Origin: Pseudomonadota bacterium
Lineage (GTDB): Bacteria; Pseudomonadota; Gammaproteobacteria; GCA-001735895
Reading direction: 5' to 3'
Assembly (NCBI GenBank): GCA_022566015.1
Contig: JADFJT010000002.1
Coordinates: 1 to 54,505, forward strand
Length of the DNA stretch: 54,505 bases
In this document: positions 18,283 to 25,774 of the stretch, piece by piece
Layout: every line of letters starts with the position of its first letter
Position numbering within the stretch: the first letter of the stretch is position 1
Position numbers and translations under genes: made by a program
The notes under the pieces: generated by a model
Told to the model about the DNA's origin: nothing
Seen by the model: only the letters and a program-made list of their open reading frames with translations
Database searches by the model: none

Positions 18283-18550
18283 GGAACCTCTGACCAAGTC
18301 ATGAACGAACCTCTTGCGCCCAAAACAATCATTCTCTGCGTTGCCTACATGGATGTAGGTAAGGGGCGTGAGCATATGTCCAGGATGGACTGTAGTAGAA
18401 CAATGCAGGAGCAATTGTCGAGGAGCGGTAGCTTTGTGAAAATTAGCAATAGCTGGGCCCATGTCTACTTAACCAGGGCTTGCGTTTCACGACTTGATCC
18501 TGATCATTTTAAATTAGAATCTGATTCCCCCAGACTTAATCAGAGGCTCC
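18283..18550 (+). mobile_element. MITE-like repeat, family 1, copy A (268 bp)
   Basis: Termini ggaacctctgaccaagtc and gacttaatcagaggctcc form an 18-bp imperfect inverted repeat (15/18). Aligns end-to-end with copies at 19261-19481 and 45878-46052. It fills nearly the whole gap between the membrane gene and the lipoprotein gene. Confidence 0.8.
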
Positions 18551-18563
18551 TTAGGGATATATA

Positions 18564-19235
18564 ATGCAAAAATTATTACAGCGTTTTCTGTTTGCGATTT
18601 TAGTAGCGTCGGTTGTTGGCGCCTGTACAGATAATAAAGAATATGAAACCTCATATTGTGCTCTGGTGGATATCTCCGGCACCTATGCAGGCGAAAAGAA
18701 AAATGTGGTCAACATCATCAAGGCTGGCATCGTGCCTGAAATGTTACCCGGTGATACTTTGTTCTTTGTCAAGATTGACAGTAATAGTTACTCCGAAGAA
18801 AACCTGGTGACAAAATTGACACTGGACTACCGGCCGACGAAAGCGAATAGCCAGAAGCTGGCAATTTCAAAAATTCTGGACAAATTTGCCAAAGGAAATG
18901 CCAGGTCGCGTCTTACCGATATCAGCGGTGCCCTGATGCTTTGCTCTGATTACCTGAAGTCGACCAAATCCGGCACTCAGGTGATGTTCGTGTTCAGCGA
19001 TATGAAAGAAGAATTACCGTCGGGCGTAGTCCGAAAATTTGCAGCGGATGAGTTCGAAGGCATGGATATCGCCGCGATGAATGTGATCAAGCTCCACAAG
19101 GATAGTGCCAACCCGGAAGTCTACCGTAAGCGCCTGAAGAATTGGGAAAAACGCATTACTGGTGCCGGGGCCAGAAGTTGGAATACTCTGCTCGATCCGA
19201 CCAAGATTCAGGATTTTATCAATGACGTCAAGTAG
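18564..19235 (+). CDS. lipoprotein with a VWA-like (MIDAS-type) domain, function unknown
   Basis: 223 aa. Lipobox LVASVVGAC. A DxSxS-like VDISGT, a later LTDISGA, and VFSDM are spaced as in von Willebrand A domains. Confidence 0.6.
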   Translation: MQKLLQRFLFAILVASVVGACTDNKEYETSYCALVDISGTYAGEKKNVVNIIKAGIVPEMLPGDTLFFVKIDSNSYSEENLVTKLTLDYRPTKANSQKLAISKILDKFAKGNARSRLTDISGALMLCSDYLKSTKSGTQVMFVFSDMKEELPSGVVRKFAADEFEGMDIAAMNVIKLHKDSANPEVYRKRLKNWEKRITGAGARSWNTLLDPTKIQDFINDVK

Positions 19236-19260
19236 CGGCTGCCTGGATCGGATATATCAA

Positions 19261-19481
19261 GGAACCGCTGATCAAGTCATGGACGAACATATTGCGCCCA
19301 AAACAATCAATTGCCGCGTTGCCTACATGGACGTAGGTAAGGGGCGTGAGCAGGAGCGGAAGCTTTGTGAAACTGAGCAATAGCCTTGCTATTACTTGCG
19401 TTCCACGCCTTGATCTGAACGGTCCGACGCTTCGGCATTTTGAACCACAATCTGATTCGCCCAGACCTAATCAGAGGTTCC
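19261..19481 (+). mobile_element. MITE-like repeat, family 1, copy B (221 bp)
   Basis: Termini ggaaccgctgatcaagtc and gacctaatcagaggttcc. It lacks a 47-bp internal block that is present in copy A. Its 3' end abuts the arfB stop codon (19482-19484). Confidence 0.8.
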
Positions 19482-19895
19482 TTAGTAGTCGATCTTTCGC
19501 CTTAAATCTTTCAATTGCCCGCGCCTGGTTTTCCCCTCGATTCGTCTCTCCTGCGAGCCTTTGGTTGGTTTCGTGGGTTTGCGCTTCTTGCGGGGGATTG
19601 CGACACGCTTGATCAGAGCCTGTAGCCGGGTTAAGGCTTGTTCGCGATTTTTCACCTGACTGCGATACTGTTGCGCCTTGATTACTATAACCCCGTCCTT
19701 TGAGATTCGCCGATCGCCCAGTTTCAACAAATTTTCCTTGTACGAATCGGGCAGCGACGATGCTCCAATATCAAACCGAAGATGAACTGCGGTGGATACC
19801 TTGTTGACGTTCTGGCCGCCCGCACCTTGCGCACGAATAGCCAGTAATTCGATTTCCGAGTCTGGGATGGTGACCTGGCTGGATATCGATAGCAC
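19482..19895 (-). CDS. arfB: alternative ribosome-rescue factor / peptidyl-tRNA hydrolase ArfB
   Basis: 137 aa. RAQGAGGQNVNKVSTAVHLRFD contains the GGQ motif, and the C-terminal tail is basic. Confidence 0.9.
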   Translation of the reverse strand: MLSISSQVTIPDSEIELLAIRAQGAGGQNVNKVSTAVHLRFDIGASSLPDSYKENLLKLGDRRISKDGVIVIKAQQYRSQVKNREQALTRLQALIKRVAIPRKKRKPTKPTKGSQERRIEGKTRRGQLKDLRRKIDY

Positions 19896-19911
19896 GATTC
19901 AGAACACTACT

Positions 19912-20712
19912 TTAGACATCGCTAAACAGTAATTTATCCAGTCCGCGCACCAGGCCGGTGATCTCGCCGATGCGTCTTGCGGCCAGCAGAGTGCCAAAAA
20001 CGTAGGGTTGTGCGCTCGAACCAGCTTCGTGGCGAATGATCAAACGCTCGCCCGCCTGGGCAAAGAGTGACTCGACCGAAAGTGTGTAGCCAGGCAAACG
20101 TATCGAGTGTACCTGCACGCCATTTATATTGGCGCCGCGGATTTCTTTTGGGCCAAGGGTCTGGTCGACGGGGATGTCAATTTTTGGCTTTCTGACCTCG
20201 CCAAGCAATTCGGCCAACTCGCCCGCAGTACCGCTCGGAGCATCGGGTTTGGTCGAAGATGCATAATCGATTACTTCAAAATGTTCAATATGCCTGGCAG
20301 CAAAAAGTGCAAAATGCTGAGCCAAAGCTGCGGTCAATGCGAAGTTACCGGTGACCACGCCAAGCTTTGCTGCTCGCGCAGCGGCATCGATTTTATCGAA
20401 ATTCGCCGCGTTTAATCCGGTTGTTCCCAGTACCACGGGTATACCCTGCTCTAACGCATAGAGCGTGTGTTTTAAACCCTGATCGGGGTGGGTATATTCG
20501 ATCAAAACGTCGCAGGGCTTCGCGAGCGCATCTTCCAGTTTGGGCACTATGTTTAGGCCAGCGGGTGCATCGCCGATTACTGTGCCCACATCCTTCCCGG
20601 CGCTAGCACGCGCAACTGCGCTGGACAGATTTAGATCGGGTGCCGCTAATACACCACGAACTAGCTCGGAGCCGGTCCAGCCTGTCGCTCCGGAAATACA
20701 GATATCGAGCAT
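19912..20712 (-). CDS. dihydrodipicolinate reductase (DapB)-family oxidoreductase, divergent paralog
   Basis: Start trimmed to MLDICISGATGWTG at 20712 (266 aa). GxxGxxG, GTTG and KPDAPSGTA motifs are present. The E. coli EAHHRHKVDAPSGTA signature reads DYASSTKPDAPSGTA here. Confidence 0.7.
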   Translation of the reverse strand: MLDICISGATGWTGSELVRGVLAAPDLNLSSAVARASAGKDVGTVIGDAPAGLNIVPKLEDALAKPCDVLIEYTHPDQGLKHTLYALEQGIPVVLGTTGLNAANFDKIDAAARAAKLGVVTGNFALTAALAQHFALFAARHIEHFEVIDYASSTKPDAPSGTAGELAELLGEVRKPKIDIPVDQTLGPKEIRGANINGVQVHSIRLPGYTLSVESLFAQAGERLIIRHEAGSSAQPYVFGTLLAARRIGEITGLVRGLDKLLFSDV

Positions 20713-20937
20713 TGCCGTTCGCCTGTTACTGTTTGCTGAAGATGAGAGGATACCGATGCAGGTCACTCCAGGGAAGCCCATGATTTGATCAGCGGCGACT
20801 TAATGCTTGTCTGTTGAATTAAGGCTGGATAAAATTACTCTGCTCACGGCGATGGCGTCGCCAGACTCGAGCCTGATCGATCGCTGCAAAAGCAGAATAT
20901 AATCCTGTACGCCCGGATCAACTAACCGGGGAAACCC

Positions 20938-22161
20938 ATGTCTAGACCGACCACCGTTCGACCCGAATTATTCCAGTTGCAAAACGGGTCTAAAGCCAAA
21001 CTTCCTTTCTCTGATACAGAATACGAAAATCGACTTTCCCGGCTACGAACGCTGATGGACGATGCCGGGGTCGAGGCCATGGTGCTCACCTCGATGCAAA
21101 ATATTGCCTATTATTCCGGTTTTTTATTCTGCTCGTTTGGTCGCCCCTATGCCTGTGTGGTCACCGCTAAGCGGTGTGTCACGGTTTCGGCTAATATCGA
21201 TGGGGGTCAACCCTGGCGCCGTTGTTATAGCGAAAATCTCATATATACGGACTGGCAGCGAAACAATTACTGGCGCGCGGTGAAGTCGATTATCCCCGGT
21301 GTGGGACAAATCGGCATCGAAGGCGACCATATGACGCTGGTGGTTCGTGAAACCATGGCAAGCCTGTTAGGCGATGTTCACAGCAAAGATTTAAACGTCG
21401 AGATCATGGCCTTGCGTATGATCAAGTCGGCTGAAGAAATTGAGCTAATTAAAGGTGGTGCGCGTATCGCCGACATCGGCGGCGCTGCGGTCAAGGACGC
21501 AATCCGAGAAGGTACACGGGAAATCGATGTCGCAATGGCGGGCCGCGATGCGATGGAGGTCGAAATTTCACGCGCCTATCCCAATAGTGAATTGCGCGAT
21601 AGTTGGGTATGGTTCCAGGCAGGGCTCAATACCGACGGTGCGCATAATCCGGTGACTACTGCAAAGTTACGAATGGGCGATATTCTTAGCTTGAATGCTT
21701 TCCCGATGATTTCCGGCTACTACACCGCTCTCGAAAGAACACTATTTCTGGGCGAGCCCGATGCCGAGTCACTGCGCATCTGGAAAGCAAACGTCGGTGC
21801 GCACGAACTCGGCCTGTCGTTAATCAGACCGGGCGCCAGTTGCTCTGATATTTGCGACGAAATTAATTGCTACTTCGAAGAACTTGATTTGCTGCAGTAT
21901 CGTTCCTTCGGATATGGTCATTCTTTCGGCCTGTTGTCGCATTACTACGGTCGTGAAGCGGGTCTCGAATTGCGCGAAGATATCGATACCGTGCTGGAGT
22001 CAGGCATGGTAGTTTCGATGGAACCCATGTTGACCCTGCCGTTGGGTACCCCGGGCGCAGGCGGCTACCGAGAGCACGATATCCTGGTCATCGGTGACGA
22101 TGGTGTCGAGAATATAACCGGCTTTCCTTACGGGCCTGAGCATAATATTGTTGGTGCTTGA
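20938..22161 (+). CDS. creatinase (creatine amidinohydrolase)
   Basis: 407 aa. Long colinear identity runs with the Pseudomonas putida creatinase as I remember it: YYSGFLFCSFGRPYA, SANIDGGQPWRR, YTDWQRNNYW, MIKSAEEIELIKGGARIADIGGAAV, NTDGAHNPVTT, GYYTALERTLFL, FGYGHSFGLLSHYYGREAGLELREDIDTVL, GAGGYREHDILV. Confidence 0.9.
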   Translation: MSRPTTVRPELFQLQNGSKAKLPFSDTEYENRLSRLRTLMDDAGVEAMVLTSMQNIAYYSGFLFCSFGRPYACVVTAKRCVTVSANIDGGQPWRRCYSENLIYTDWQRNNYWRAVKSIIPGVGQIGIEGDHMTLVVRETMASLLGDVHSKDLNVEIMALRMIKSAEEIELIKGGARIADIGGAAVKDAIREGTREIDVAMAGRDAMEVEISRAYPNSELRDSWVWFQAGLNTDGAHNPVTTAKLRMGDILSLNAFPMISGYYTALERTLFLGEPDAESLRIWKANVGAHELGLSLIRPGASCSDICDEINCYFEELDLLQYRSFGYGHSFGLLSHYYGREAGLELREDIDTVLESGMVVSMEPMLTLPLGTPGAGGYREHDILVIGDDGVENITGFPYGPEHNIVGA

Positions 22162-22170
22162 TCTGGTGTA

Positions 22171-22478
22171 GGCGTGACCACCGGTATATTTTTACGGGAA
22201 CGCTGTAAACCTTCCCTGGACGCTCTCACGCGACGTCCCTGTCGCGTAAGGCCCCGAAAAAACATCCCGGCGGTCACACCTCGTTAATAGGGCTGCATCG
22301 GGAGGAAGGGATCAAAACCTTATTTTTCAGGGATGGATCGGTCCGACGCATCGGCACAGCGTGTTTTGATCGCTTCGCCTACATGGATGTTGCGGGCGGC
22401 GCTCCGTCGGTCCGACGTATCGGTGGTAGAGCAGTGCAGGAGCAATTGCCGAGACCCGAGGTAGCTGGTACTTAATCA
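22171..22478 (+). repeat. structured intergenic repeat, family 2, copy E, with an extra module shared with MITE family 1
   Basis: Aligns with 3781-4020. Hairpin gcgacg-tccc-tgtcgc at 22230-22245. Arms at 22174-22184 and 22267-22277. Segment 22377-22466 (gcctacatggatgt...cagtgcaggagcaattgccgag...gtagc) is homologous to 18343-18431 of MITE copy A. Starts 10 nt after the creatinase stop. Confidence 0.8.
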
Positions 22479-22556
22479 AATCCTTACAATCAGAATTGTC
22501 ACCAGCCCTGGAAGGCATGTACACTCAGCACTTTCCAGTTTTACCTTAAAGTCCAT

Positions 22557-23714
22557 ATGTCAGAAGATCGAACCCACCCTGAAATTCGTGATGCCGTCGC
22601 GCGTCTTTGTGCCGATTTCCCGGGTGAGTACTGGCGTGCAAAGGATAAAAACAAGGAGTATCCAAGCGAATTTGTCCAGGCATTGACCGAGGGTGGTTAC
22701 CTGTCGGTTTTGATTCCGGAAGAATTTGGCGGTGCCGGCATGGATCTTGGGTCTGCCTGTGCAGTGCTCGAAGAAATTCAATTCAGTGGCGGCAATGGTG
22801 GTGCCTGTCACGCGCAAATATATATCATGGGCACCTTGTTACGCCACGGCAGTGAGGCGCAGAAACAGCAGTATCTGCCTGCGATTGCGGCGGGGGACTT
22901 GCGTTTACAGGCATTTGGCGTAACCGAACCTTCCAGTGGTACCGATACCACGCGTATTAAAACTAAAGCAGTACGCGAAGGGGACCACTATTTGGTGACC
23001 GGTCAAAAGGTTTTTATTTCGCGGGTGGAACACTCGGATTTAATGCTGTTGCTAGTGCGCACTACGCCGCGTGATGCAGTCGATAAACCAACGCAGGGAA
23101 TGTCGGTATTGTTAGTCGATTTGCGCGACGCCGTAGGTAATGGATTGACCGTCCGACCGCTGGAAACAATGCTCAACCATGCGACTACCGAGTTATTTTT
23201 CGATCAGTTACCGGTGCCGGTGGAAAATCTGATTGGTGAGGAGGGCAAGGGCTTTTCTTATATCCTCGACGGCATGAACGCCGAACGCATTCTGATCGCA
23301 GCCGAGTGTATTGGCGACGCACGCTGGTTCATCGATAAAGCGAGTAAATATGCGGTCGAGCGCGAAGTGTTTGGCCAACCAATCGGGAAGAACCAGGGCG
23401 TGCAGTTTCCGATCGCTCGCGCTTATATCCACACCGAAGCGGCCGCGCAAATGGTGATTAAAGCGAGTGATTTATTCGACTCTGGAGAGCCCTGCGGTTC
23501 GCAGGCGAATATGGCCAAACTACTTGCTGCCGAAGCTTCCTGGGCTGCGGCCGATATGTGTCTGCAAACCCATGGTGGTTATGGGTTTGCAATTGAATAC
23601 GATATAGAGCGCAAGTTTCGCGAGACGCGTTTATATCAGGTTGCTCCGATTTCAACCAATTTGATCCTCTCCCACATCGCTACTCATATTCTGGGCTTAC
23701 CCAAGTCATTCTGA
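22557..23714 (+). CDS. acyl-CoA dehydrogenase family protein
   Basis: 385 aa with ACAD architecture (YPSEFVQALTEGGYLSVLIPEEFGG, GVTEPSSGTD, GMNAERILIAA, GGYGF). The stop overlaps the next start (TGATG). Confidence 0.8.
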   Translation: MSEDRTHPEIRDAVARLCADFPGEYWRAKDKNKEYPSEFVQALTEGGYLSVLIPEEFGGAGMDLGSACAVLEEIQFSGGNGGACHAQIYIMGTLLRHGSEAQKQQYLPAIAAGDLRLQAFGVTEPSSGTDTTRIKTKAVREGDHYLVTGQKVFISRVEHSDLMLLLVRTTPRDAVDKPTQGMSVLLVDLRDAVGNGLTVRPLETMLNHATTELFFDQLPVPVENLIGEEGKGFSYILDGMNAERILIAAECIGDARWFIDKASKYAVEREVFGQPIGKNQGVQFPIARAYIHTEAAAQMVIKASDLFDSGEPCGSQANMAKLLAAEASWAAADMCLQTHGGYGFAIEYDIERKFRETRLYQVAPISTNLILSHIATHILGLPKSF

Positions 23715-24847
23715 TGCTGGATTTAAGTGAAATTCTGGTCGTCGCCCTGGAGCAGGCTGTTGCCGCACCTTATTGTTCGAACCGTCTGGCCGCTGCCGGT
23801 GCGCGCGTGATCAAGATCGAGCGCGAAGAGGGCGACTTTGCGCGTGGTTACGATAGCGTGGTGAATGGTGAGTCCGCGTATTTTGTGTGGCTCAATCGAG
23901 GCAAGGAATCGCTGGTGTTGAATATCAAGGATACCGATGACGCGAACCTGTTGCATCGGATCCTGGCTAACGCAGACGTTTTTATTCAAAACCTTGCACC
24001 GGGAGCGGCCGAGCGGTCGGGGTTGGGATCGAGTGTATTGCGAGGACTTTACCCACGGCTTATCTACTGTGATATTTCCGGCTATGGCGAACACGGCGAG
24101 TATCGCGATATGAAGGCCTATGATTTACTAGTGCAATGCGAATCCGGGCTCGCTTCGATTACCGGCACACCAGATGCGCCGGGACGTGTTGGGATTTCAA
24201 TTTGCGATATCACCTGTGGTCAGCAGGCCTATACTGCTATCCTCGAAGCGCTAATCGAACGCGAGCTTAGCGGTGAGGGATGTACCATCCAGGTTTCGCT
24301 ATTCGATGCCATTGCCGAATGGATGGCGGTACCTTTGCTTCATTACGACTATGCGGGCACGGTGCAGCCCAGGGTGGGAATTAGCCACGCGACAATTTGT
24401 CCGTATGGCGCCTATGCCAGCAAAGACGGATTAAGCGTCGTATTCGGTATCCAGAATGAACGCGAGTGGCAGGACTTTTGTACCGGTGTTCTGAAGCAGG
24501 CTGAATTACTCAATGATCAACGTTTGCAGTCGAACCAGCAACGGGTGGCAAACCGAGCATGGGTCGATAAATTGATCGACTCGGTTTTCTCGCAGCTGGA
24601 TCAAGTTGCCATCATCGATAGACTGAAACAGGCTGGTATTGCTTTTGGGCGATTAAATGATGTGGCTGGATTGTCTGCTCACTCGCAATTACGCAGAACA
24701 AAAATTACCACCGCGTCGGGCCAGGCCCAGGTCGTAGCGATGCCTGCCAGACGCTCAGACCAGGGTGAATCGATTCTGTCAGTACCGAAGCTGGGAGAGC
24801 ATAGCAGCTCGATTCGCGGTGAATTTTCTGTCACCGAAGTGAGTTGA
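23714..24847 (+). CDS. family III CoA-transferase (CaiB/BaiF family)
   Basis: 377 aa. ALEQAVAAPYCSNRLAAAGARVIKIER and FIQNLAPGAAERSGLG are typical of CoA-transferase family III. Translationally coupled to the ACAD gene. Confidence 0.8.
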   Translation: MLDLSEILVVALEQAVAAPYCSNRLAAAGARVIKIEREEGDFARGYDSVVNGESAYFVWLNRGKESLVLNIKDTDDANLLHRILANADVFIQNLAPGAAERSGLGSSVLRGLYPRLIYCDISGYGEHGEYRDMKAYDLLVQCESGLASITGTPDAPGRVGISICDITCGQQAYTAILEALIERELSGEGCTIQVSLFDAIAEWMAVPLLHYDYAGTVQPRVGISHATICPYGAYASKDGLSVVFGIQNEREWQDFCTGVLKQAELLNDQRLQSNQQRVANRAWVDKLIDSVFSQLDQVAIIDRLKQAGIAFGRLNDVAGLSAHSQLRRTKITTASGQAQVVAMPARRSDQGESILSVPKLGEHSSSIRGEFSVTEVS

Positions 24848-24877
24848 AGCCCTTTGTAATTCATAGAGCGAGATTTC

Positions 24878-25228
24878 GTGGAAACTATTAGCTGGGCAGA
24901 TTTTGAAAAAGTGGAACTCCGGGTTGGCACCATCGTCAGCGTCGAGGACTTTCGTCGAGGACTTTCCCGAAGCACGTAAGCCTGCGTTTAAACTAAAAGT
25001 TGATTTCGGCGAGGAAATTGGGATTAAAAAGTCTAGCGCACAGATTACGGACCTGTACGATAAAATGATTTGATCGGTAGGCAGGTAATCGCGGTAGTCA
25101 ATTTTCCGCCCAAGCAAATTGGCCCCACACGTTCAGAATGCCTGGTAACGGGTTTTCATCGAGAGGATGGGGCGGTAATACTCGCCAGACCCGATAGCGA
25201 GATGCCAAATGGTGCAAAACTGGCCTAG
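24878..25228 (+). pseudogene. disrupted CsaA/YgjH-like tRNA-binding-domain gene
   Basis: Three frame pieces read [25 protein letters not shown] / [33 protein letters not shown] / [54 protein letters not shown]. They are broken by an exact 13-bp tandem duplication (gtcgaggactttc at 24941-24953 and 24954-24966) and by a 1-nt loss in the A-run at 25062-25065. Confidence 0.7.
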
Positions 25229-25375
25229 TTTAAGGACTATCCACTGGAATAACGCAAAGATGATCTATTGCACATATTTCAACCGCATTTGATGATAAGA
25301 TTCCTGCGACTATCTGCTAGTCTGGATAGTGGGTTTTATTAAATCTGCATCATAATCATAATTGAGGAGTCAGCG

Positions 25376-25774
25376 ATGACAATACAAAACATGTTGAAGA
25401 AGTTTGGACTGGGAATTATTGCCGTAGCAGCAACCATGCTGCTTAGCTTACCTGGACAGGCCGCCATGCTGGGTACCGCACAAATAGACAGTAACTGGGG
25501 CGGTGGCCAGGTGTTCGATCAAAACACCATGCAGCAGGAACGGCAGTGGATCCGCGAGCAATTACGTATAAACGGGGTCGACGATGCCGAATTGAGTATG
25601 CGTGTGAGCAGTCTGAGTGACAATCAGGTGCGCCGGATTCGTCAAAATTTCGATGATATGCCTGCAGGTGCGGGTGCCGCTGGAACGATATTGATAATTT
25701 TTCTCGTATTCGTAGCAACCGACCTGGCCGGTGCTACCGACATTTTTCCATTTATACGGCCTATTGAAAAATAA
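25376..25774 (+). CDS. PA2779-family-like small secreted/membrane-anchored protein
   Basis: 132 aa. Signal peptide (LLSLPGQAA), a GVDDAELSMRVSSLSDNQVRRI helical repeat, then DDMPAGAG followed by a C-terminal TM. GAGGAG lies 6 nt upstream of the ATG. The stop abuts the next ATG. Confidence 0.55.
   Translation: MTIQNMLKKFGLGIIAVAATMLLSLPGQAAMLGTAQIDSNWGGGQVFDQNTMQQERQWIREQLRINGVDDAELSMRVSSLSDNQVRRIRQNFDDMPAGAGAAGTILIIFLVFVATDLAGATDIFPFIRPIEK

Noticed and set aside
18202-19612. Track ORFs inside the MITE copies (18202..18564, 19162..19383, 19346..19612) as real genes
   Set aside because: They start inside neighbouring genes or run through repeat copies. Copy B breaks the frame with a 47-bp indel, and codon differences between copies show no clear synonymous bias. 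The open frame is noted in the MITE finding rather than called as a CDS.
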